NCBI GenBank assembly: GCA_965222995.1
Contig: OZ244977.1
Span: forward strand, 905,083 to 969,082
Length of the DNA: 64,000 nt
Reading direction: 5' to 3'
Origin: Bacteroidia bacterium
GTDB lineage: Bacteria > Bacteroidota > Bacteroidia > UBA8524
The position numbers were made by a program, and so were the translations under genes. The notes beneath the pieces were generated by a model, which had not been told where the DNA came from, did no database searches, and saw only the letters and a list, made by a program, of their open reading frames with translations. Positions 30,701 to 38,475 of the stretch are shown in pieces. Numbering within the stretch: the first letter of the stretch is position 1; each line of letters begins with the position of its first letter.

Positions 30701-31390
30701 TTCAAGGTAACCGGGGGTCCCGTCAACAAGGTTAAGGGAGTCTATAGCATCTAAGTCGGCTCTTCGGTAGGCATCTTCCAACGCATCACCAAAGTTCATT
30801 CCATCATCATAATAGTTCCTGCGTTTCTTTTTATATTTATACTCTTCTTCTCTGGCTCGTTCAGCTTCGTCAAGGTTTAGCATTAATTCACTCATTAGCT
30901 CTAAACCAGCAGTTTTCTTTTTCAGTTTTTTGCCGGTTTGAAAAATATAAAGGTCTAAGTAAGTATCTTCTTCAAAATTTCCAGAGTATCCTTGGCTACG
31001 GAACAGGTAATAGTTTATAAGGCTAGGGTCTTTTCTCAATGCTTCTTTAACCGCGTCTTTTCGTTTTTCTTCTTTACCTTTATTGCGTCTGCGACCATAG
31101 TACCCACCTCCTTGCCAAAAGGCATAGGGGTCATAAGCTAGCATATCATCTACCCAAGTTTCAGGGTGAATTTCCAACGCTACCATGTCAACATTTTTCA
31201 ATGCCATAAAAAACGAATCACCTAAATGAAACGCTAGCTTACTGCTAACATGCATGGTTCCATATAAGTAAGAAGGTTTATCTAAACCGTTTCCCGATAT
31301 TTCCCAAAGTAAACTTTGATATTTTTTTTGAGCAGATATTGAGGATGTGAGTGTGAAAACAGTTAGGAATAACAGGAAGTATTTTTTCAT
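27737..31390 (-). CDS. Very large secreted TraB/GumN-family protein (1217 aa) with Tyr/Asp/Arg-rich low-complexity segments
   Basis: Signal peptide. N-terminal TraB/GumN hallmark (SLLWEISGNGLDKPSYLYGTMHV). Internal RY/SY-rich stretch (SYNSYSRYRSRYNSNRRYRNNYSSY). C-terminal YRYNYDNDYEYDDYDYAEDAY. Confidence 0.7.
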   Translation of the reverse strand: MKKYFLLFLTVFTLTSSISAQKKYQSLLWEISGNGLDKPSYLYGTMHVSSKLAFHLGDSFFMALKNVDMVALEIHPETWVDDMLAYDPYAFWQGGGYYGRRRNKGKEEKRKDAVKEALRKDPSLINYYLFRSQGYSGNFEEDTYLDLYIFQTGKKLKKKTAGLELMSELMLNLDEAERAREEEYKYKKKRRNYYDDGMNFGDALEDAYRRADLDAIDSLNLVDGTPGYLEYMLYRRNQVMADRMDSIMKTANLRLFAGMGASHLPGEKGVIEMLREKGYTLRAMQQGERATKQKRKIDEIVIQKDFATEKPFDNYFEVNLPGKMYELPGVGSTRSYFHPDMANGAYYTVTRIKTFARELEHSTEYVLKSVDSLLYENIPGKIQKQEKIKRQGFDGYSIVTLTRRGDIQRYEILITPEEIFVFKLGGTGEFANSKEANKFFKSIELKTPKATNWQTFTSPDGTFSALMPHPPLFYGDTSILMYFNPEPFTAIDFNNNNTYSITKSNLYLSENTTTPDSLLLEQVMFDFSESKYYEELERKFTKEGDKQIMDARYSIDEDYNMQVRYLMHKGYVYILSAKYKTDSSDADKFIQSLTFAKPPTVTYEQYDDTLMHFTVTTTPQKNALEQLIRKFSRYKAKDKPYKTLNETKVFIKNKKSYPTVTVSYKRYGKYLRFKDSTSYWEDYFKSINRDSTLVIQDKKIYKKDGFTVADIEYTDTGCSFVVKQRKMLRNAVAYELFTTYEKEKGKEEFVTKFFETFTPKDTLIGESMFSSNVELIVNDLVNGDSATHAEAYKSMNSVWLKEKDFKLWTTVIDTLQPENDDYFDYKTDMIEEMWNINTPENIKYLSELYYKAGDTSTFQLSVLKTLLNLETQESYNTFKELLIDETPLGKKYQINSLFWSMDDSLELAATLYPDLFGLFLLEEYREKMVGVLATLVDSNAIDINTYKSFLSTLKIEAKNELKRKKANKVEDDEDYSSYNSYSRYRSRYNSNRRYRNNYSSYLGTLATVLIPFYNDKSVNTFFKKLLKYRDDKLRVSIALKLMKANHQVPDTLWQEVSKHLNWRAPLYEALEDAGKLNLYPEKYKNQDSMTKAMVESSIGSRYSKLDTITLASKKLIEFDGEKGYVYLYKYKMEGSKIWRLAMIGLQPKNKKEVNTSTKIFSTGEAEKVNDSITLEKQLDVMLKEALLEQTFKKYKSYRYNYDNDYEYDDYDYAEDAY

Positions 31391-31525
31391 GGTGATTTGA
31401 TGAATAATGCCACGTGGTTTTGTAGAAACCGCAAAATAATCAATTAGGCTAAACTATCATTATTCATCAAAATCTAATCGATAAATAACAAAGCAGGTGT
31501 ATTTAAAAAATTAAGAAGGGAGTAA

Positions 31526-32020
31526 TTAAAGCTCTTCTCTTTCAGCAATTTTAAGTTTCACATGGTTAAGCAGCATGTGGCAACTGCGGTGAAGCATATT
31601 GTACACATTTTCAAAACCTTTTTGCCCTCCATAATATGGGTCGGGTACATCAATTTCATCTTCGTTCCGTTCCATATCAAACTCACGCATCATTATTATT
31701 TGTGCTCGGTGGTCATCATGTATAGGGCGTTCAGCCATTATGTTTTCATAATTAGCACTATCCATAGCAATTATATAGTGAAAATCATAAAAATCACCGA
31801 AGCTAAGTTGCCTTGCAGTGTGATTTAATTCTATACTATTCTGATTGGCTACCTCTTGCATTCTTTCATCGGGAAAGCTGCCTACATGAGCGCGTGATGT
31901 TCCTGCCGAGTCTGCAAAAATTTTGCTTGATAAGCCTTCTTCTTCTACGAGATGCTTAAATATACCTTCTGCCATGGGCGAACGGCAAATATTACCTAAA
32001 CATACAAAAAGCACTTTCAT
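31526..32020 (-). CDS. Low-molecular-weight protein-tyrosine phosphatase
   Basis: P-loop CLGNICRSPMAEG at the N-terminus and a DP motif (VPDPYYG). Confidence 0.85.
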   Translation of the reverse strand: MKVLFVCLGNICRSPMAEGIFKHLVEEEGLSSKIFADSAGTSRAHVGSFPDERMQEVANQNSIELNHTARQLSFGDFYDFHYIIAMDSANYENIMAERPIHDDHRAQIIMMREFDMERNEDEIDVPDPYYGGQKGFENVYNMLHRSCHMLLNHVKLKIAEREEL

Positions 32021-32138
32021 GGGTAGCTAAACTCTTCTATTGATGTGGTTTGCACAAAAATATGGTTTATAGGAGTTTAAGTTTTTAACTATAAGGTAAT
32101 AAAGTTGTAAAACAGGCTTATTACCTGCTAATTGACAT

Positions 32139-32173
32139 AAAAAAGCCGTAATGCATCTTGCATTACGGCTTTA
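32139..32173. terminator. Bidirectional terminator hairpin (gccgtaatgca/tgcattacggc)
   Basis: 11-bp perfect stem, A6 upstream and T3 downstream. Follows nfu (minus strand). Confidence 0.65.
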
Positions 32174-32190
32174 TGTGTGTTATTATAAAT

Positions 32191-32757
32191 TTACATTGCT
32201 ACGGCTTCTACCGCCTCTACTTCAGGCACCATACGTTTCAACATATTTTCTATTCCCGATTTTAGTGTAATTGTAGAAGAAGGGCAACCGCTGCATGAAC
32301 CTCTTAGTTCCACTTTTACTACACCCTCATCAAAGGATTGAAAGGTGATAGCTCCACCATCCATCTCTACAGCAGGTTTCACATAAGTATCTAGCATTTC
32401 TTTAATTTTCACAACCGTATCACTATCCTCGCTATTGTTTTCTTTTTCCTCAACGGGGTGTAAAATTTCAGCACCGCTTTCCAAATATTCTTTTACAAAT
32501 TCTTTCAGTTTGGGGCTAATATCAAACCACTCGTAAGTGCTAAGCTTTGTTATGGTAACAAAGTTGTTCATTATAAACACTGCATTTACAAAAGGAAACT
32601 CAAATAATTTAGTAGCCATTGGAGATTTTAATGCTGCTTCACGGGTTTGAAAATCTGCACTATCGTCAGGCAATATCATTCGGTTGGCTACAAACTTCAT
32701 GGTTTCAGGGTTGGGGGTAGCCTCTGTATATATATTTACTAGTTCTTTAGTTGACAT
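32191..32757 (-). CDS. nfuA: NifU-like Fe-S cluster scaffold/carrier (Nfu-type, with N-terminal domain)
   Basis: C-terminal NifU domain with CxxC (DGGAITFQSFDEGVVKVELRGSCSGCPSS). Confidence 0.75.
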   Translation of the reverse strand: MSTKELVNIYTEATPNPETMKFVANRMILPDDSADFQTREAALKSPMATKLFEFPFVNAVFIMNNFVTITKLSTYEWFDISPKLKEFVKEYLESGAEILHPVEEKENNSEDSDTVVKIKEMLDTYVKPAVEMDGGAITFQSFDEGVVKVELRGSCSGCPSSTITLKSGIENMLKRMVPEVEAVEAVAM

Positions 32758-32902
32758 AAACTTTTCTTATTTAGAATGGTTCTACAAAAGTAACACTTTT
32801 ATTAAGAAATTAGTTTTTTTAATATTATTTGTTTGATACAACATTTGTATATACAAATAATGTTTTACATTTGTATTGAAGTTTAATCTAAATGTACTGA
32901 CT

Positions 32903-33769
32903 ATGAACAGAAAAAACTTTATAAAAGGAAGCCTGCTTACAGCCGGAATAGCCGGATTGGGAGGTTGGGCAACACGGCTGGTAGGAAAGGATAATAAGGT
33001 TACTGACAATGAAAATGTAGGATTTAATCATTTACCCAATAAGGAGATAAAAACCATGAACACAATATTGCACAAAGCCAACACACGTGGACATGCTAAC
33101 CACGGATGGTTAGACAGCCACCACACTTTTAGTTTTGCTAATTACATGAACCCCGACCGCATGCACTTTGGTGCTTTGCGAGTATTGAACGATGATATTG
33201 TAGAGGGAGGGCGAGGTTTCGGAACGCACCCGCATGCCAATATGGAGATAATTTCTATACCACTTAGTGGAGACTTAGAGCATAAAGACAGTATGAATAA
33301 TGTTGCTGTAATAAAGCAAGATGATATACAAGTTATGAGTGCGGGTACAGGAATTTACCACAGTGAGTTTAACAAGAACCACGATAAGCAGGTAAACTTT
33401 TTGCAGATATGGGTTTTCCCGAAACAAAAGGATATAGCACCTCGCTATGACCAGATTACACTTAAAGCTGAGGATAGAAAAGGGAAGTTACAGCAAATTG
33501 TAACGCATGATAAAAATGCTGACGGTGTTTGGATAAACCAAGATGCAACCTTTCACCTAGGTTCTTTAGAGAAAGGTTTTAGCACTAACCACAAGCTTAA
33601 CATGAAAGGAAACGGTATTTATGCTTTTGTTATTGATGGGGATGTAACCATTAGCGGACAAAAACTAAGCAAGCGTGATGGCTTTGGTGTATGGGACACC
33701 GATAGTATTGATATAACTGCTGATAGTAATGCAGAACTATTGTTGATGGAAGTACCTATGACCGTATAA
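32903..33769 (+). CDS. Pirin-family (cupin) protein with an N-terminal Tat-like signal peptide
   Basis: Pirin His motifs (HANHGW...H...E, GFGTHPHANMEI). N-terminus MNRKNFIKGSLLTAGIAGLGGWA resembles an RK-variant twin-arginine signal. Confidence 0.75.
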   Translation: MNRKNFIKGSLLTAGIAGLGGWATRLVGKDNKVTDNENVGFNHLPNKEIKTMNTILHKANTRGHANHGWLDSHHTFSFANYMNPDRMHFGALRVLNDDIVEGGRGFGTHPHANMEIISIPLSGDLEHKDSMNNVAVIKQDDIQVMSAGTGIYHSEFNKNHDKQVNFLQIWVFPKQKDIAPRYDQITLKAEDRKGKLQQIVTHDKNADGVWINQDATFHLGSLEKGFSTNHKLNMKGNGIYAFVIDGDVTISGQKLSKRDGFGVWDTDSIDITADSNAELLLMEVPMTV

Positions 33770-33864
33770 TAGTGTCGGTGGTCAATAGTCAGTAGAAATG
33801 TTACCACTGACTATTGACTACGGACAACTGACTACAAATAAATTAAAATTCACAAATTAAAAAT

Positions 33865-34410
33865 ATGGCAACAAATAATTGGAACATTGATGCTTCGCAT
33901 AGCGAAATTCACTTTAAAGTAAAACACATGGTAATTTCTACCGTAACCGGAAAATTTAATGAGTTTACAGCTTCGGCAGAAACTGAAGGAGATGATTTTA
34001 CTAAGGCTAAAATTAACTTTGAGGCTAAAACGGCTTCAATTGATACAGGTGTTACAGACCGTGATGCACACCTACGCAGTGATGATTTTTTTAATGCTGA
34101 GGCTTTTCCTGTAATAAAGTTTGAGAGTAAAGAATTAGTAAAGAAAAGTGATAGTGAATTGATACTACGTGGCGATTTAACCATTAGAGATATTACTAAT
34201 ACGGTAGAATTGGATGTAGACTTTGGTGGAACTACTAAAGACCCTTGGGGAATGACCCGTGCAGGTTTTGAAATTAGTGGTAAAATAAACCGTAAAGACT
34301 TTGGTTTAAAATGGAGCCAAGTGACAGAAGCAGGGGGGGTAGTAGTAAGTGATGAAGTGAAACTATCACTAAATGTTGAGATGGTTAAAGCTCAACCCAC
34401 TACAGCGTAA
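33865..34410 (+). CDS. yceI: YceI-family (polyisoprenoid-binding) protein
   Basis: YceI-like lipocalin fold: HSEIHFKVKHM...GKFNEF...GDLTIRDITN. Confidence 0.8.
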   Translation: MATNNWNIDASHSEIHFKVKHMVISTVTGKFNEFTASAETEGDDFTKAKINFEAKTASIDTGVTDRDAHLRSDDFFNAEAFPVIKFESKELVKKSDSELILRGDLTIRDITNTVELDVDFGGTTKDPWGMTRAGFEISGKINRKDFGLKWSQVTEAGGVVVSDEVKLSLNVEMVKAQPTTA

Positions 34411-34487
34411 TTGAAATCTCGTCATGCTGAATTTAGTTCAGCATCTAAAATATAGATTCTGAAACAAGTTCAGAATGACTTTAAAAG

Positions 34488-34510
34488 TCCTGCCAATGGC
34501 GGGATTTTTT
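34488..34510 (+). terminator. Terminator hairpin + T7 after yceI
   Basis: tcctgcc-aat-ggcggga followed by ttttttt. Confidence 0.5.
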
Positions 34511-34965
34511 TATTTGCAAACTTTTTGGACAGCTTTTAAGAGTGTAGCCTCTTTGGCATTTTTTTCTTTTACTATATGTAAATCAAAGCTGTTGGCTTGT
34601 TTTTTTATGTAATAACCTTTGCGAATTATTTCTCCTGTTTTTTTGTGTCCGCCCCAGCCGGTATAATACTCTATGGTATCGGTATTTTGTATCAGCTGCA
34701 CAGTAACTACACCTTTACTGTTTTTTTCTAGGAATACATTATCAATTTCACCCGCAAACTGCTGCTCAAAGGCTATTTGGCAAGGGTTTTTTAATTTATC
34801 GCCATAGTTGCCATACCAAAACCATATATAAATACCAAAGGCAATAAAACCACCTAAAACAATTAGGGTACGTATAAGACCCAAGCGTTTGCTAACCCAA
34901 TAAATTCCTTTGTCGTTTGTATTTCTAAATGAGTTTCTGCGATTGGTTATATCTCCTTTTTGCAT
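34510..34965 (-). CDS. Hypothetical membrane-anchored protein (151 aa)
   Basis: Single N-terminal TM helix (LIRTLIVLGGFIAFGIYIWFWY). No family. Confidence 0.4.
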   Translation of the reverse strand: MQKGDITNRRNSFRNTNDKGIYWVSKRLGLIRTLIVLGGFIAFGIYIWFWYGNYGDKLKNPCQIAFEQQFAGEIDNVFLEKNSKGVVTVQLIQNTDTIEYYTGWGGHKKTGEIIRKGYYIKKQANSFDLHIVKEKNAKEATLLKAVQKVCK

Positions 34966-35054
34966 TTGGCTTACTATTGGGGTGCAAGTTATGAATTTGA
35001 TAAGAGGTTTGCCCGATTGAAAAAATATCTATATTTGTCCTGCATTTCAGGTTC

Positions 35055-35270
35055 TTGAGTAGATGTTTTATTTACATCAAGATGAAAAGGGAATCACGTG
35101 AGAATCGTGAACAGTACCCGCTGCTGTGAGTTTCATTAGGCATTTACTGCCAACTTTTTGTACTCTTTCGCCACTGTTTTTAGGAAACGGGAAGGCATCA
35201 AAAAGCGAAACAAGTCAGAAGACCTGCCCGCAATGCTTAGGATTCATACCTTCGGGAGTTGAGGTTGGGG
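35055..35270 (+). ncRNA. Cobalamin (adenosylcobalamin) riboswitch
   Basis: Conserved core AAAAGGGAAUCACGUGAGAAUCGUGAACAGUACCCGCUGCUGUGAG, and the B12-box GCCACUG at 35170-35176. Lies in the 5' leader of a BtuB-like TBDR. Confidence 0.75.
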
Positions 35271-35342
35271 TTCAGTAAGTGTAATTCATGGTACTTGTTT
35301 TATTAAAGAACGCTGCCACAATAGCGCAAGCTGTATTCTGCT

Positions 35343-37331
35343 TTGTATATACTGAAGGTGAAATGTGATAAAACATTGAGCTTTAAAACGTTAATAGTAT
35401 GTGCATTTGTGCTTTTGAGTCAACTAATGTTGGCACAAGGCGATAGCATATATATAGTTAGCGAAACTAATGTGGTTGCCCCACGCGAAGAGGTTTTTAA
35501 TGCCGGAACTTATACTTGGAAGGCAGACAGTACCCTACTGGCTCAATACCAGTCTAATACATTAGGAGATTTATTAGGGCAGCAATCGGGCATGTTTGTA
35601 CGCTCATTTACACCGGGTACATTAGCAACATCTATTATGCGAGGCTCTTATGGGGTACATACCAATGTGGTGTGGAATGGCTTTAGTTTACAAAGCCCCA
35701 TGAATCAGGTAATAGATTTAAACCTTATCCCGGCTTTTTTTATTGATGATGTTTCTGTTGCCCATGGTAGTCAAAGTGCTTTATATGGTAGTGGCGCTAT
35801 TGGAGGAACTATAGGCATTAGCCAACAAAATAATACAGAGAAAGGTTTTCATGGTTCAGTTTTAGGAGGAGTTGGAAGTTTTGAATCATTTCAACAAGGA
35901 GTTAAGCTATCATATTCAACTAAAAACTATACAGGTAAGGTTCGCTATTTTAATCATATAGCACAAAACAACTATACCTATACCAATACAGCCAAACTAG
36001 GTACACCAAAAGAAACACTAGATAATGCCTATCTATTTAGAAACGGGCAAATGATAGAAAATTATTTTACTATCAACAAAAGGGTAAAAGCATCGCTACA
36101 TGGATGGCGTATGCAAGCAAATAGGGGAGTGGCACCACTTATGTTCCAAGAAAAGAGTATTGCTTTTCAGAAAGATGATTTTTGGCGTGTGATGGGAGAT
36201 GTTAAGGTTGTAGGCAAACGTATTGAAGGCATTGTGCGTGTTCAATACTCTGATGAGCGTATTCGTTATAACGATTCTAATACTCTTGTACCCATTAATA
36301 GTGATAATAGGGCCTATAGTTTAGTAGTTGAAGGCGAGACGCGGTATCAGTTAAGTCCGCACCATGATTTGGGTTTTGGGGTAAATAGTTCTTATTTCAG
36401 ATCAACAGCGGGAGATTATGGCACACCACCACCCGTTCAGTATCGCCCGGCAGCCTTCTTTTCGCACAGATATCATAGTATAAATAATAAACTGTTTACT
36501 TCTTTTACTGTAAGACAAGAGGGGGTAACTCTACGTAATGTAGAAAGCTTGCCTTTAGTACCTTCTGAACTCCCGGGGGAGTTTAGGTTATTACCTGTAG
36601 TACCCACTTTTGGAGCTAATTATAATATTTATAAGAGCTTTTGGCTCAATGGGAAAGTATCAAGAGTTTACCGCTACCCCAGTTTTAACGATTTGTATTG
36701 GAACCCCGGTGGTAACCCTAACCTGGAACCTGAGGATGGTTATAGTATAGAAGGACATGTAGCTTACAAGAGAAATAAAAGAAGATTTAATATTAATACT
36801 TCTTTCGGAGGGTATTATAATGATATAAATAACTGGATTCTTTGGCAGCAAGGTGCCAACGGTATTTGGTCTCCACAAAACATACAGCGGGTTATTGCCA
36901 GAGGTATTGAAGTAAATGCCGAGGTAAGTTATTCGCTGGGTAAAACTACTTTAAAGGCTGATATACGGTATGCATATACCATTAGCACTAACGAGAAAGA
37001 AAAAAGTGTGGGCGATGAAAGCTTTAAAAAGCAACTGATATATGTACCGTATAATACGCTGGCAGGGAACATAGGGGTAACTCATAAAAATTATTACGTG
37101 CGCCTAAACGGGCAATACACGGGTGCACAATTTGTAACTTCTGATAACAAGCGTTTTCTACCCTCGTTCAATACCGTGAATATATTTATTGGTAGGATAG
37201 TTAGAGTGAAAGAACTGAACTTTAATATTAACCTGCAAGCACAAAACCTTCTAAATGAAAAATACCAAATAGTGGAGTGGGCACCCATGCCACTACGTAA
37301 CTATTTACTAACCATACAATTTAATTTTTAA
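35343..37331 (+). CDS. btuB: TonB-dependent receptor, BtuB-like (vitamin B12/corrinoid uptake)
   Basis: TBDR plug (TLGDLLGQQSGMFVRS...) and barrel ending NF. Directly downstream of the cobalamin riboswitch. Start uncertain (TTG at 35343, GTG at 35358). Confidence 0.75.
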   Translation: MYILKVKCDKTLSFKTLIVCAFVLLSQLMLAQGDSIYIVSETNVVAPREEVFNAGTYTWKADSTLLAQYQSNTLGDLLGQQSGMFVRSFTPGTLATSIMRGSYGVHTNVVWNGFSLQSPMNQVIDLNLIPAFFIDDVSVAHGSQSALYGSGAIGGTIGISQQNNTEKGFHGSVLGGVGSFESFQQGVKLSYSTKNYTGKVRYFNHIAQNNYTYTNTAKLGTPKETLDNAYLFRNGQMIENYFTINKRVKASLHGWRMQANRGVAPLMFQEKSIAFQKDDFWRVMGDVKVVGKRIEGIVRVQYSDERIRYNDSNTLVPINSDNRAYSLVVEGETRYQLSPHHDLGFGVNSSYFRSTAGDYGTPPPVQYRPAAFFSHRYHSINNKLFTSFTVRQEGVTLRNVESLPLVPSELPGEFRLLPVVPTFGANYNIYKSFWLNGKVSRVYRYPSFNDLYWNPGGNPNLEPEDGYSIEGHVAYKRNKRRFNINTSFGGYYNDINNWILWQQGANGIWSPQNIQRVIARGIEVNAEVSYSLGKTTLKADIRYAYTISTNEKEKSVGDESFKKQLIYVPYNTLAGNIGVTHKNYYVRLNGQYTGAQFVTSDNKRFLPSFNTVNIFIGRIVRVKELNFNINLQAQNLLNEKYQIVEWAPMPLRNYLLTIQFNF

Positions 37332-37338
37332 TACAAAC

Positions 37339-38388
37339 ATGAAAAACCTAAACAAACTTCTAAGCTTTAAAGTATTGGTACTTTTTGCTTTCTCAGTCTT
37401 ATTTCTAAACTCTTGTAAAGAGCCAGATAATGATGATAACCCGGCACCATCAACTCCTGCTGCTTATGACGGGGTATTTATTATTAATGAAGGTGGATTT
37501 AATAAAGGAAATGCTTCTGTAGATTTTTATAACCCTACTGATGGAAAAACCAGTAAAGGCTTGTTTAATAGTGTAAATAACCGCCCTTTAGGAGATATTT
37601 TACAGTCTATGACTAAAATTGGAGATAACTTTTACTTGGTAGTAAATAACTCATCAAAAGTGGAAGTAGTAAGTGCTACTGATTTTAAGTCTATAGCTAC
37701 AATTAGTAATTTAGGCTCGCCTCGTTTTTTATTATCGCCTTCTAGCTCTAATGGAGCAAAAGCTTACGTTACCGATTTATTTGGTGGTGTAATACATGTG
37801 CTAGACCTTAAAGGTAATACCAAAACTAAATCTATAACCCTTAGCGGTTGGAGTGAAGAGATGGTAGAAGCTAACAATAACGTTTATGTAAATAACAGCG
37901 GTAACAAAAAAGTTTTTGTTTTAGACCCTTCTACTGATGCTATTAAAGATAGTATTGTGCTAACTGCTACACCTAATGGAATAGTTAAAGATAAAAACAA
38001 CAAAATATGGTTGTTGTTAGATACTACAGGAGGACAAAAGGGTAAACTGGCAAGAGTTAATACCACTACCAATACTATTGAAGCTTCTGTTGATGTGGGT
38101 GATATAGGGTATAGCTCTGACTTAACCATTAACGGCTCAGGAGATAAGTTATACTACACCAAAGCAGATGGTTTATACGAAATGGATATTACTGCAACTA
38201 CTGCTCCAACAGCGGTGAAAAAAGCAGGTAACTTTTATAGCATTGGTATAAACCCTGATAACGGTGCCATTTACTTAGGCGATGCTTTAGACTTTAACCA
38301 AGACGGTACCATTACCATAATAAAGAAAGACGGTACCGAGAGTACTTTTAAAGCAGGTATAAACCCCGGTCGATTCTTTTTTAATTAA
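37339..38388 (+). CDS. btuG: BtuG-like surface beta-propeller lipoprotein (YncE-like)
   Basis: Lipoprotein signal (...FLNSCKEPDN). Repeated propeller-blade-like segments. Gene is 8 nt after btuB, the position BtuG occupies in Bacteroides B12 loci. Confidence 0.55.
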   Translation: MKNLNKLLSFKVLVLFAFSVLFLNSCKEPDNDDNPAPSTPAAYDGVFIINEGGFNKGNASVDFYNPTDGKTSKGLFNSVNNRPLGDILQSMTKIGDNFYLVVNNSSKVEVVSATDFKSIATISNLGSPRFLLSPSSSNGAKAYVTDLFGGVIHVLDLKGNTKTKSITLSGWSEEMVEANNNVYVNNSGNKKVFVLDPSTDAIKDSIVLTATPNGIVKDKNNKIWLLLDTTGGQKGKLARVNTTTNTIEASVDVGDIGYSSDLTINGSGDKLYYTKADGLYEMDITATTAPTAVKKAGNFYSIGINPDNGAIYLGDALDFNQDGTITIIKKDGTESTFKAGINPGRFFFN

Positions 38389-38423
38389 GTAACTAACTGT
38401 AGTTAGTTCTCATTATAAATAAT

Positions 38424-38456
38424 AAAAGCCCTCACAAAATTGTTGAGGGCTTTTTA
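38424..38456. terminator. Bidirectional terminator hairpin between convergent btuG-like and Kelch genes
   Basis: aaaagccctcac...ttgagggcttttt. Confidence 0.6.
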
Positions 38457-38475
38457 CTTATATAGGTAGATAGGG

